A stretch of 63,882 nt of DNA, counting the filler, from Candidatus Woesearchaeota archaeon (GTDB lineage: Archaea > Nanobdellota > Nanobdellia > Woesearchaeales > BM511): NCBI GenBank assembly GCA_023266675.1. It is 6 parts of 6 records of this genome, joined end to end, with 100 filler letters (N's around TTAATTAATTAA, not from the genome) between each part and the next. Parts side by side here need not be neighbours in the genome. Positions count along the whole stretch, not along the records: positions 1 to 21,213 come from JAHFPP010000017.1; 5 more parts are not named here. One strand, written 5' to 3'. The notes under the pieces are model-generated. The model ran no database searches and had not been told where the DNA came from. It saw nothing but the letters and a program-made list of their open reading frames with translations. The translations under genes and the position numbers were made by a program. Below, one piece after another: positions 8,323-17,524 of the stretch (position 1 is the stretch's first letter; every line of letters begins with the position of its first letter).

Positions 8323-11300
8323 ATGGCAGAGATTGATCATATTGCAATACAGGAGAAATGGCAGAAGCGTTGGAATGATGCCAAATTATTCAAAGCAGTT
8401 CTAGACAAGTCCAAGCCGAAATTCTACTGCCTTGAGATGTTTCCTTACCCTTCAGGCTCAGGCCTTCACATGGGGCACGCCTTCAACTACACAATTGGAG
8501 ATGTATACTCTCGATTTAAGAGAATGAATGGGTTTAATGTTCTTTATCCAATGGGGTATGATTCTTTTGGATTACCAGCTGAAAACGCTGCAATAAAAGC
8601 AAAAAGCCACCCAAGAAAATTCACTGAAGAGGCAATCCAGAATTTCATAAAACAGCAAAAAGCGCTAGGCCTCTCATATGACTGGGACAGGATGCTTATG
8701 ACGCACAGCGAAGAATACTATAAATGGAACCAGTCAATATTTATCAAGCTTTTTGAAAACGACATGGTTTACAAAAAGAAGGCGTCAGTAAACTGGTGCC
8801 AAAAATGCGACACGGTGCTCGCCAATGAGCAGGTACATGACGGATGCTGCTGGAGACACCCTGAAGATGAGATTCAGATAAGACAGCTTGAGCAGTGGTT
8901 TATCAAGACAACAAAGTACGCTGAAGAACTTCTTACAGATCTTGAAAAAATTGATTGGCCTAAAAGAATAAAAATTATGCAGGAAAACTGGATAAGCAAA
9001 AGCTTTGGAACAGAAATAGAGTTTGAAATTGAAGAGAACACTAATTTTGTCTTATTGCATGGATACAACGGATCAGTAAAAAAAGATTTTTTTCCATATC
9101 TAAAAACCGAGCTTGAAAAAAGAGGGAAAAAAGTAAGCGCAAAAGACCTTCCAAACACGTCAGACCCTAACGTTGCAGAACAGGTTGAGTTTGTATTAAA
9201 GAATAATCATTTTGATGAAAACACAGTTTTAGTCGGTCACAGTCTTGGCACAATTATCTCATTAAAAGTACTTGAAAAAATTCAAAAACCAATAAAAAAA
9301 TTAGTGCTTGCAGGCGGATTTTTAACACCTGATTTCAAGGACAATAAAAAACGTGATTTTACAGATAAATTTGACTTTAAGTTTGATTTTGAAAAAATAA
9401 AACGTAACGTGAATGAAATAGTAATCTTAAGCGACAAGAATGATTACGTTATACCACTAGAACAAGGACATAAATTAAAAGAGAAAATTAATGGTGATTT
9501 AATTGAAACAACAGCAAAAATTCCTCATTTCAAAGCTGAACATGAACCTGATGTATTAAACGCGTGTCTAAAAAAGTGGAAAATATTTACAACACGACCG
9601 GATACGATATACGGAGTCACATTCATGGTTATCTCAGCGCAACACCAAAAACTCATGTCTTTAGTGACAAAAGAACAGAAGAATGAAGTTGAGGAGTTTC
9701 TTAAAAAAATAAAGTCCACAAGCGAAAAAGACACAGAGGAACTCGAGAAAGAAGGCGCATTCACAGGTTCATATGCAACAAACCCATTAACCGGAGATAA
9801 AGTTCCAATATACGCAGGAAACTTTGTTGTAGCAGACTATGGTTCTGGAATGGTTATGGCAGTGCCAGCGCATGATCAAAGAGACTACGAGTTTGCAAAA
9901 AAATATAGCATACCAATTAAAGTTGTTATAAATCCAAATGACAATAAAATAGACAAAAACAACCTTCTAAAAGCGTACATTGAAGACGGATACGTCATTA
10001 ACTCCAGAGAATTTTCAGGGTTAAACAATGAACTTGCAAAAGACAAGGTAACAGAATACCTGGAATCAAAAAACTTAGGGAAAAAAACAGTTCAATACAA
10101 ACTACGAGACTGGCTCATATCACGACAAAGATATTGGGGAACGCCAATACCAATGATTTACTGCGGCAAATGCGGAATAGTCGCTGCAAAAATAGACGAC
10201 TTACCAATCAAGCTTCCTGAAGACATAATTTTTGGCGAAGGAAACCCTATACTTTCATCAAAACATTTCTTAAAAACAAGATGTCCAAAATGCAATAGTG
10301 ATGCACGCCGCGAAACAGACACAATGGACACATTCTTTGACAGCTCATGGTACTACTTAAGATATACTGATGCAAAAAATCAGAATGAAATGTTTGACAG
10401 AGAACAGGTTGACTACTGGCTCCCAGTTGATCAATATATCGGCGGAGCAGAGCATGCATGCATGCATCTTGTATATGCAAGATTCTTCACTAAAGCACTC
10501 CGGGATTTAGGATACCTCTCATTTGACGAACCATTCTTAAAATTATTCAATCAGGGAATGCTTCACGGATACGATGGCTTTGTCATGTCTAAATCACGAG
10601 GAAACGTTGTGCTTCCTGAAACGATATCAGAAAAATACGGAATAGACACAGCAAGATTTTTTCTTTTGTCAATAGCAAGCCCTGACAAAGACATTGAATG
10701 GAGCGACAAGGGAATTGAGGGAAGCTACAGATTTATAAAATCAGTTTTCTCATATTTTGAAAGTGTAAAAATAGGCGTTTCTCAGAAGAGGACTGTAAGC
10801 AAGCTTAACAGAACAATAAAAGAGATGACAATCGATATTGAGGAATTTAAATACAATCTTGCCATAATTAAGCTAAGAATGCTTTTTGAATCATTAAAAA
10901 GCGAAGAAAGCAAGGATTCACTTGAGAAATTCTTAATGCTTTTGCATCCTATATGCCCTCACATAACTGAAGAATTATGGGAAAGCATTGGTAATAAAAC
11001 TTTTCTAACAACAACTCCGTGGCCAAAATGCGATGAATCAAAAATAGATGACAGGGAAGAGTTTATGGAGCAGATAGAAATGACTGTTAAGTCAGACATA
11101 AACACGGTTCTTTCGCTTGCAAAAATCACAGAGCCAAAAAAGATAACAATAATAATTTCACAAGAATGGAAGTACAGCTTCTTAAGTCGCCTTAAGGAGA
11201 AAATTGATGAAACAAGAGATTTCAGGGAGCTTATGATGCACGTGCTTCTTGATGAAACGCTTAAAAAACACGCACAGAATATACAAAAAATAATACCAAA

Positions 11301-11493
11301 TGTCCTTAAGGATCCAAAGAAGATTCCGCCAGTGATGCTTGACCAGCATAGCGAGAAAAAAACGCTTGAGCAGATAAAAGATGTGCTGAAAAACGAATTT
11401 AAAACTGAAATTGAAATAGTTGTTGCCGAAGAATCAACGCACGCAAAGGCACAAGCGTCTATGCCTAGTAAACCTGCAATTGTTATAGAATAA
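8323..11493 (+). CDS. leuS: Leucine--tRNA ligase with inserted YdeN/RBBP9-like alpha/beta hydrolase domain
   Basis: MFPYPSG, HMGH (HIGH), FTTRPDT, MAVPAHDQRD, DWLISRQRYWG, MSKS; insert LLHGY..VGHSLG..ND..H. Confidence 0.96.
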   Translation: MAEIDHIAIQEKWQKRWNDAKLFKAVLDKSKPKFYCLEMFPYPSGSGLHMGHAFNYTIGDVYSRFKRMNGFNVLYPMGYDSFGLPAENAAIKAKSHPRKFTEEAIQNFIKQQKALGLSYDWDRMLMTHSEEYYKWNQSIFIKLFENDMVYKKKASVNWCQKCDTVLANEQVHDGCCWRHPEDEIQIRQLEQWFIKTTKYAEELLTDLEKIDWPKRIKIMQENWISKSFGTEIEFEIEENTNFVLLHGYNGSVKKDFFPYLKTELEKRGKKVSAKDLPNTSDPNVAEQVEFVLKNNHFDENTVLVGHSLGTIISLKVLEKIQKPIKKLVLAGGFLTPDFKDNKKRDFTDKFDFKFDFEKIKRNVNEIVILSDKNDYVIPLEQGHKLKEKINGDLIETTAKIPHFKAEHEPDVLNACLKKWKIFTTRPDTIYGVTFMVISAQHQKLMSLVTKEQKNEVEEFLKKIKSTSEKDTEELEKEGAFTGSYATNPLTGDKVPIYAGNFVVADYGSGMVMAVPAHDQRDYEFAKKYSIPIKVVINPNDNKIDKNNLLKAYIEDGYVINSREFSGLNNELAKDKVTEYLESKNLGKKTVQYKLRDWLISRQRYWGTPIPMIYCGKCGIVAAKIDDLPIKLPEDIIFGEGNPILSSKHFLKTRCPKCNSDARRETDTMDTFFDSSWYYLRYTDAKNQNEMFDREQVDYWLPVDQYIGGAEHACMHLVYARFFTKALRDLGYLSFDEPFLKLFNQGMLHGYDGFVMSKSRGNVVLPETISEKYGIDTARFFLLSIASPDKDIEWSDKGIEGSYRFIKSVFSYFESVKIGVSQKRTVSKLNRTIKEMTIDIEEFKYNLAIIKLRMLFESLKSEESKDSLEKFLMLLHPICPHITEELWESIGNKTFLTTTPWPKCDESKIDDREEFMEQIEMTVKSDINTVLSLAKITEPKKITIIISQEWKYSFLSRLKEKIDETRDFRELMMHVLLDETLKKHAQNIQKIIPNVLKDPKKIPPVMLDQHSEKKTLEQIKDVLKNEFKTEIEIVVAEESTHAKAQASMPSKPAIVIE

Positions 11494-11533
11494 TTCTAGA
11501 AATTAATATAAATAAAATTAAAAAATAATTTTA

Positions 11534-11767
11534 TTACCAGCTTGCAAGTGACTTATTTGCAGAACCAAGCTGTGTATCTACCTGCGTTGTGTCAAGCGTA
11601 TTTGATGTTGTGCTTGCATCACTTATTCCCTGCGTTGCCTGCGTATCAATAGCGTTATTCTGCTCACTAGTTGCTTGAGTGTTATCTATAGATGCTTTTT
11701 GTGTGCATCCAACAAATAATGTAACTGATAATATTATCACTGTTAAAATTGTCAATATTTTTTTCAT
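11534..11767 (-). CDS. Small putative lipoprotein
   Basis: MKK + hydrophobic stretch + lipobox-like LFVGC; Thr/Gln-rich mature part; GGAGG/AGGTGG-type RBS upstream. Confidence 0.75.
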   Translation of the reverse strand: MKKILTILTVIILSVTLFVGCTQKASIDNTQATSEQNNAIDTQATQGISDASTTSNTLDTTQVDTQLGSANKSLASW

Positions 11768-11861
11768 TAATCCACCTCGGTGTTTATGGAATACTTTTTT
11801 TGTTATTTAAACCTTTCTTTAGATTATTAAATCAAATAAAAAAATAAAAAATAATTAATGC

Positions 11862-13346
11862 TTATGTTGTGCTTGTCTGCACTGCTTCACTATCAGGGTT
11901 TAGTGTTTCCATACTTGCTGAAGTTGTTTCCTGGACGTTTTCTGATGAATCACCTATTTGATTCTCTTGCTCATCATTATCCATCTTTTCAACAACAGTG
12001 ACATTCTCATTGTCATCTTCAAGACTCAAGTCTCCGCCTTTGGTCTTTATCTCCTTGGCTATCTCAACAAGTGTTTCATGCGCAGTCTTTAACTTCTCAT
12101 TTGCAGCTTTTACTTTTTCTCTTGCCTGTGATGTGTATTCCTGAATCTGTTTTTTTTGTTCAGCAGTCATATTGTTACTTCGTAAAGCATCTGCTTTACT
12201 TAACAAGTCTTTTCCATCACTAAATATAGTCTTGGCTTCACCTACTTGATTACTGAAAGTTGTTATTTTTGAATCCACGTTACTTATGCTTATATTTTTA
12301 GCTTCCATATCCTTAACTATTCTTTCAAGCTTTTTTTCAAGAGCATCGCTTCTCTGTATTATTTCGCCGACCTTTCCTTCAACAATCTTGTTTGCGTGCA
12401 TATCAAGTGTTGGTTTTATTCTGTTCCATGCTGAAATTATACTTGCACCAAATGTTTTGATATCCTCTTTTGTTGTTGCATCTGTTATTTTCTGTTTTAA
12501 AGTTTGTATCTCTGCTATCTTTGTGTCTGTATCAGACACTATTTGTGCAACTTCACTTTCTGTTAAATCAGTTGACCCTTGAGCTTTTTCCTTGACTTTT
12601 TCAAGTGATGCTATTACCATGTCAGCAGCATTTGATAAAAATATTTTTGCCTGTAATTTAGCTTCAGTATCATTTTTGGATTTAACTGCAATATCAAAGT
12701 TTTGCTTGGCTTTTTCATAGTCTTCTTTTGCAGTATTATATTTCTTGTCTGCTTTTTCAAAGTTTTTGTCTGCCATGTCAAGTTTTTCTTTTGCAATCTG
12801 TCTTTTTGAAAATGCGAATTCAGCTTTCATAGTTTTTACAATATACTTATTTAGCGATTTTTTGCCTTCTTTCATGATGCTTTCCTGTTCACTTCTTGAA
12901 AGGTTCATGAATTTCTGTCTCTCTTCCTGGGTGAGGTTTGCATAGAATCCTTTTATGTTTGGATTTTTTTCAAGCAGCCTATTCATGACTCTTTCTGTAT
13001 TATTTTCCTTTCTCTCTTTCAGTCTTTCTTTAATCAATTCTCTGTCAGCTTCACTTAGATTCCTGGTAATTCTTGTTCCATTTAGTCCAGACTCGAATTT
13101 TGTTTCTCTAACACTTACTTTACCAGTATCTATCTCTGGGACATTTTTACCATTTCTAACTTTTACATCATTGATTTCAACATTCTGTTCATTATCAACC
13201 TTAACTTCTCCACCATTTACATCTACGGAGTTTCCGTTAATTTTTATATTTCCAACTTCAATATTGGTATTATCTTCTGCTATGGCTGTTGACATAATGC
13301 TAAGTAAAAACATTGATGCAACAATTGTAGCTAATATTTGTTTCAT
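11862..13346 (-). CDS. Secreted long coiled-coil/helical protein
   Basis: Signal peptide ending AIA, K/E/A-rich heptads, acidic tail; GGAGGTGG RBS. Confidence 0.8.
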   Translation of the reverse strand: MKQILATIVASMFLLSIMSTAIAEDNTNIEVGNIKINGNSVDVNGGEVKVDNEQNVEINDVKVRNGKNVPEIDTGKVSVRETKFESGLNGTRITRNLSEADRELIKERLKERKENNTERVMNRLLEKNPNIKGFYANLTQEERQKFMNLSRSEQESIMKEGKKSLNKYIVKTMKAEFAFSKRQIAKEKLDMADKNFEKADKKYNTAKEDYEKAKQNFDIAVKSKNDTEAKLQAKIFLSNAADMVIASLEKVKEKAQGSTDLTESEVAQIVSDTDTKIAEIQTLKQKITDATTKEDIKTFGASIISAWNRIKPTLDMHANKIVEGKVGEIIQRSDALEKKLERIVKDMEAKNISISNVDSKITTFSNQVGEAKTIFSDGKDLLSKADALRSNNMTAEQKKQIQEYTSQAREKVKAANEKLKTAHETLVEIAKEIKTKGGDLSLEDDNENVTVVEKMDNDEQENQIGDSSENVQETTSASMETLNPDSEAVQTSTT

Positions 13347-13428
13347 ATTTCCACCTCCAATGGAATTATTATAAACTAATTTTATTTATTTTTATTTATT
13401 TTTTCTGAAATATTTTTCCTACGTTTTC

Positions 13429-13445
13429 ACTAAACTAAGTTTAGT
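13429..13445. promoter_or_regulatory. Palindrome ACTAAACT-A-AGTTTAGT in divergent promoter region, candidate operator
   Basis: Perfect 8-1-8 inverted repeat between 13346(-) and 13639(+). Confidence 0.35.
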
Positions 13446-13638
13446 TGATTTTATTTATAAACATACTTTCATTTTATAAAAAATAATACGTTTATAGAAT
13501 TTTTAATACTTTATAAAAATCTATATTTCATTTTAACACTTTAATATTTATAAATAGATGTTATTTAATTATTAATTAGTTTATTATTACATATTATGTT
13601 AAAGAAATCTTTTTATATCATTAACGAATACTATTAAT

Positions 13639-14340
13639 ATGAAAAAGGAAATATCCATTTTATTCACATTCTTATTCTTAATCAACTCATGCATTGCAGC
13701 AACTATTCACGGCACAATATATGACATCAATCTAAATAAGGTTAAAGATGCAATTGTTGAAGTTAACTCAGAACCAAATCAAAGAATGGTGTCATTTGAC
13801 GGCACATATTCATTTAATCTTCCTGTCGGAAACTATGAATTATATGCATATTACGGAGAAAAAAATAACCTTCAAAAAACAAAAGACAATATATCAATTA
13901 ACAATGATGGAACTTTTGTTTATGATTTATTCCTATATTATGATATTATAGGTGAAGAAAGTATTCTAAACAGTTCAGAACTTAATTTTTATGCTCCATA
14001 CAATGAAAATATTAACTATACACTTATTTTTATTATATCTCTAATTGCCTTACTTATTGTTTTTATTATCTTTAAAAATCTAAGTAAAAAAAACAAAGCT
14101 TTAATCCATACATTAAAACAAAAAGAAGAAAAAATATTTTCTGATGACAATGAACTGAATAAAGTTATTTTGATATTAAAAGAACACGGTGGACGCGCAA
14201 CTCAGAAAGAAATAAGAAGAAATATACCCTTATCTGAGGCAAAGATATCACTTATGATAGCAGAGCTTGAATCGGAAGGAAAAATAAAAAAAATAAAGAA
14301 AGGAAGGGGAAACATCATCGTTTTAGAGAATAACCATTAA
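13639..14340 (+). CDS. Membrane-anchored winged-helix protein (COG2512-like) with extracellular beta-sandwich domain
   Basis: Signal peptide, GTYSFNLPVGNYEL, TM helix, GGRATQKEI..LSEAKISLMIAELESEGKIKKIKKGRGN. Confidence 0.8.
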   Translation: MKKEISILFTFLFLINSCIAATIHGTIYDINLNKVKDAIVEVNSEPNQRMVSFDGTYSFNLPVGNYELYAYYGEKNNLQKTKDNISINNDGTFVYDLFLYYDIIGEESILNSSELNFYAPYNENINYTLIFIISLIALLIVFIIFKNLSKKNKALIHTLKQKEEKIFSDDNELNKVILILKEHGGRATQKEIRRNIPLSEAKISLMIAELESEGKIKKIKKGRGNIIVLENNH

Positions 14341-14389
14341 AAAGATACTTTTAAATATTGGTTTTGTTAAAATTAGGCATGGGTATGAA

Positions 14390-14698
14390 ATGACTGAAAA
14401 AGAAGAGATTCAGGATATAGAAAAAAGAGAATTCATAAAGCGAGGATTAATCACGCTTGGCGTTGCAGGAACTGCAGCTATTTTAAGTAAAGTTGAGTTT
14501 GTCTCTGCAGAAAGAAGGTCTTTGGCTCCAATTACACCAGCATCTGGCGGAACTGGTAACGCGTTTACAAAGTTTACTGGACCAACTACAACTGAGAAAA
14601 CTTTTACTTTGCCTGATGCAAACGCAACAATATTGACTACAACAACAGGGGCTACCAACAGCAAAGCCATAGCTATGTCTATACTTTTTGGCTGGTGA
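14390..14698 (+). CDS. Tat-like signal peptide fused to phage tail-fibre-like short protein
   Basis: EKREFIK + hydrophobic + VSA; GGTG, TFTLPDANATI, C-terminal KAIAMSILFG. Confidence 0.7.
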   Translation: MTEKEEIQDIEKREFIKRGLITLGVAGTAAILSKVEFVSAERRSLAPITPASGGTGNAFTKFTGPTTTEKTFTLPDANATILTTTTGATNSKAIAMSILFGW

Positions 14699-14702
14699 AT
14701 AG

Positions 14703-15074
14703 ATGTCAAATCCAAACATAGTTGGTATTACAACCATTAATGGTGTAACTACATATGTTATTCCATCAAACACTTCTCTCACATCTTTACTTTCAAACGC
14801 TAATAGCTCTGGGCACGTTTACAAAGTAAACAGCATCATAGCATCTAATGTAACGGCGAGCGCTGCAACTGTAACTGTTGCTATATATACTCAGGCTGCT
14901 TTAGCAGGAACAGCAAACAGGCTTGCATATCAGATAAGCGTGCCAGGAAATGCATCCTTAATAATAACTGACAAATCAACAACATTCTACCTAATGGAAA
15001 ACCAGTCAATAGGAGTAACATCTGGAACATCGTCTGCAATTGAATACGTAATCAGCTACGAGGACATCTCATAA
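14703..15074 (+). CDS. Phage-like structural/tail-associated protein
   Basis: MSNPNIV..VYKVNSIIASNV..ISVPGNASLII.DK..FYLMEN..ISYEDIS, resembling proteins I recognise from tailed-phage genomes. Confidence 0.65.
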   Translation: MSNPNIVGITTINGVTTYVIPSNTSLTSLLSNANSSGHVYKVNSIIASNVTASAATVTVAIYTQAALAGTANRLAYQISVPGNASLIITDKSTTFYLMENQSIGVTSGTSSAIEYVISYEDIS

Positions 15075-17059
15075 TGGATTATCAAGGCAATATAATAACT
15101 TCAAACCCAACAGCGCCAACAACAACATCAGCTCAAGGTATCTGGACGCTTTCAGAAGCTATAAGATTCATCAAATCAGGCACATGGCCGACAGGAATAT
15201 GCGTTGAGGACGTGTTTAACGCGTATACATATTGGGGTAATGGGGCAACTCAGTCTATTACTACAGGAGTCAACATTTCCGGTAGAGGCGGGATGGTTTG
15301 GATTAAGGGACGGGGATATACATATGTTCATGACCTATTTGATACGGTAAGAGACACAACGAATTTTGTTCAGACTCACTCTACCGGAGCGCAAGGCAGC
15401 GATAGTAATTCTCTAACGGCATTTAGTAGCACCGGATTTAGCCTTGGGTCTTGGGCGCACGTTAATGCTGCGGGAAGTGGTGACAACGGCTTTGTTGCAT
15501 GGTCTTTTGCACAAGCACCAAATTTTTTCAATGTGGCACAAGCAACGGTTTCTGGTGGAGTTACTGCAACTGTTGATTTATCTAATCTTGGTACTGTGGG
15601 GATGGTCGCTGTTAAGAGAACAGACTCAACATCTGCTTGGTTTGTCTATCACAGGTCTTGTACAAGTGGCAAATTACTTTATTTTAACACTACTGACAAT
15701 GAAACTACTGATGGTTCAGTCACACTATCAGGAACTACGCTTTCTCTTGTTGGCGGAACGATAGCGAATGGCACTTATATTGTTTATGCGTGGGCGCATG
15801 ATACGAGCAGTACAGGGATGATTCAGTGCGGAACATTCACAACGAATGGGAGTAGTGTTGGATCAGTGACTCTTGGATGGGAGCCACAATTTTTACTTTT
15901 CAAAGAGAAAGTCACTATTACTGATAATTGGCAGATTTTTGATATGACAAGAGGGTTAAATAATACATCACTCACATACTTAAAAGCGAATTCAACAGCA
16001 GTAGAGTTTACTACTTCTGCAGCTGACTATCTGCATCCAACTGCTACAGGATTTGCTTCTCAAAATGGATTTCTGGATAACAATGGGACTTATGTTTACC
16101 TCGCAATTCGCCGCGGTCCGATGAGATTACCAACAGTAGGGACACAGGTTTATAACGCGATTGCGAGAAATGGTACTGGCGCTGCCGCTACAGTGACAGG
16201 AGTCGGGTTTCCACCAGATTTATCTATTACTCTTGCTAGAACAAATGGCATTGGAGCCCAAGGTGATTTTATTGATAGATTACGAGGTAGCGGTGTGCAG
16301 TTAACTTCGGCAGAAGCTCATGCAGAGTATGCAAATGCTACTGCTATAACCTCATTTGATATGGATGGTGTGACGCTAGGTACTGATGGGCTTGCTAATG
16401 TAAATTACAATACTAAAACTTTTATCAATTGGTATTTACGTCGATATCCGGGTGTGTTTGATATGGTATGTTATACTGGGACAGGGTCAGCACACGTGGT
16501 ATCTCACAATTTAGGTGCTGTACCTGAGTTGATGATTGTCAAGACTAGGGCTTCGACTTATAATTGGTTTGTCTACTCTTCGGCTACTGGAAATACTAAA
16601 TACATGGGGCTGAATGTTACTGATCGCGCAGAAGTTTTATCTACTATTTGGAATGATACGACACCGACATCTACTGGATTTACTATTGGAACCAATGTTG
16701 TTGTAAATACCAACGGGGATGCATATGTCGCCTACCTATTCGCCACTCTCGCAGGAATCTCCAAGGTAGGTTCCTATACTGGCAACGGTTCATCTCAAAC
16801 TCTTAATATGGGTTTTTCTGCAGGCGCAAGATTCTTCATGTGCAAGAGAACTGATGACACTGGCGATTGGTTTGTATGGGATTCTGTTCGCGGAATAAAC
16901 GCAGGAAATGACCCTCACTTGTCTTTGAACACAACAGCTGCAGAAGTAAATACAACAGATGATGTTGACGCAGACAACTCAGGTATCATTGTTAATGAAA
17001 ACGCAACAACACATATCAATGTTAATAACGCAACGTATATTTATCTGAGTTTCTCATAA
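15074..17059 (+). CDS. Phage virion-like repeat protein (DUF7483-like, YTGNG/WxVYH repeats)
   Basis: GIWTL..GTWP N-terminus; repeated YWGNG/YTGTG/YTGNG, GMVWIK, PELMIVK, WFVYH, YVAYLFA, YIYLSF. Confidence 0.75.
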   Translation: MDYQGNIITSNPTAPTTTSAQGIWTLSEAIRFIKSGTWPTGICVEDVFNAYTYWGNGATQSITTGVNISGRGGMVWIKGRGYTYVHDLFDTVRDTTNFVQTHSTGAQGSDSNSLTAFSSTGFSLGSWAHVNAAGSGDNGFVAWSFAQAPNFFNVAQATVSGGVTATVDLSNLGTVGMVAVKRTDSTSAWFVYHRSCTSGKLLYFNTTDNETTDGSVTLSGTTLSLVGGTIANGTYIVYAWAHDTSSTGMIQCGTFTTNGSSVGSVTLGWEPQFLLFKEKVTITDNWQIFDMTRGLNNTSLTYLKANSTAVEFTTSAADYLHPTATGFASQNGFLDNNGTYVYLAIRRGPMRLPTVGTQVYNAIARNGTGAAATVTGVGFPPDLSITLARTNGIGAQGDFIDRLRGSGVQLTSAEAHAEYANATAITSFDMDGVTLGTDGLANVNYNTKTFINWYLRRYPGVFDMVCYTGTGSAHVVSHNLGAVPELMIVKTRASTYNWFVYSSATGNTKYMGLNVTDRAEVLSTIWNDTTPTSTGFTIGTNVVVNTNGDAYVAYLFATLAGISKVGSYTGNGSSQTLNMGFSAGARFFMCKRTDDTGDWFVWDSVRGINAGNDPHLSLNTTAAEVNTTDDVDADNSGIIVNENATTHINVNNATYIYLSFS

Positions 17060-17124
17060 TTTTCTTGAAATAATCTATAATCTTATAATAACCTTTAAAT
17101 ACAAATCAATATTTTAAAGATAGT

Positions 17125-17280
17125 ATGAAGTGCGAAATATGCAAGGAAAAGATTGAAGAGACGTTTTTAAAAAAGATACTAGGCACATACGTCAAGGACA
17201 GCAAAGGAAAAAAGCATCTTATTTGCAAACAATGCCAATCAAAAGCAGGTTCTAAAGAAGAAATTCTTGCAAAATTATAA
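17125..17280 (+). CDS. Small zinc-finger protein (51 aa)
   Basis: MKCEICKEKIEETFLKKILGTYVKDSKGKKHLICKQCQ...; two CxxC; TTTAAATA box upstream; below ORF-track cutoff. Confidence 0.8.
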   Translation: MKCEICKEKIEETFLKKILGTYVKDSKGKKHLICKQCQSKAGSKEEILAKL

Positions 17281-17298
17281 TCTTAATATGTTCATAGT

Positions 17299-17386
17299 GC
17301 CCTTGTAGCATAGTAGCTATTGCGGCTGATTCGTATATGAAATTCGAGAAATCAGCAGGTCAGGAGTGCAACTCTCCTCAAGGGCT
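17299..17386 (+). tRNA. tRNA-Thr(CGT) with 15-nt intron at 37/38 (17336-17350)
   Basis: GCCCTTG/CAAGGGC acceptor, GCTGA-TT-CGT-A^A-TCAGC, BHB TTCG/CGAG; T-loop variant TGCAACT. Confidence 0.88.
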
Positions 17387-17521
17387 TATTTTATAAATTT
17401 CTTTTTTGAAATTTGTTATATTTTTGCTCAAGCCACAAGAAAACATTTTTGTTTTCTGTGCGCAGAAAATCTTTTCTGATTTTCTTGCGTTTTTCTCAAA
17501 AAGGTTGCTCCTCAAGGGCTT
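17374..17521 (+). repeat. Repeat element with nested double-hairpin, flanked by 14-bp duplication of the tRNA-Thr 3' end
   Basis: CTCCTCAAGGGCTT at 17374-17387 and 17508-17521; TTTTTGCTCAAGC[insert 17434-17490]TTTTCTCAAAAAGGTTG. Confidence 0.85.
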
Positions 17522-17524
17522 TTT

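Noticed and set aside
9040..9570. Intein in LeuRS
   Set aside because: No N-terminal Cys/Ser block, no terminal His-Asn, no LAGLIDADG motif; the insert has hydrolase motifs
14390..17521. Provirus integrated at tRNA-Thr
   Set aside because: No integrase, capsid, terminase or replication genes; the tRNA duplication encloses only ~120 bp and lies on the other side of the tRNA from the phage-like genes
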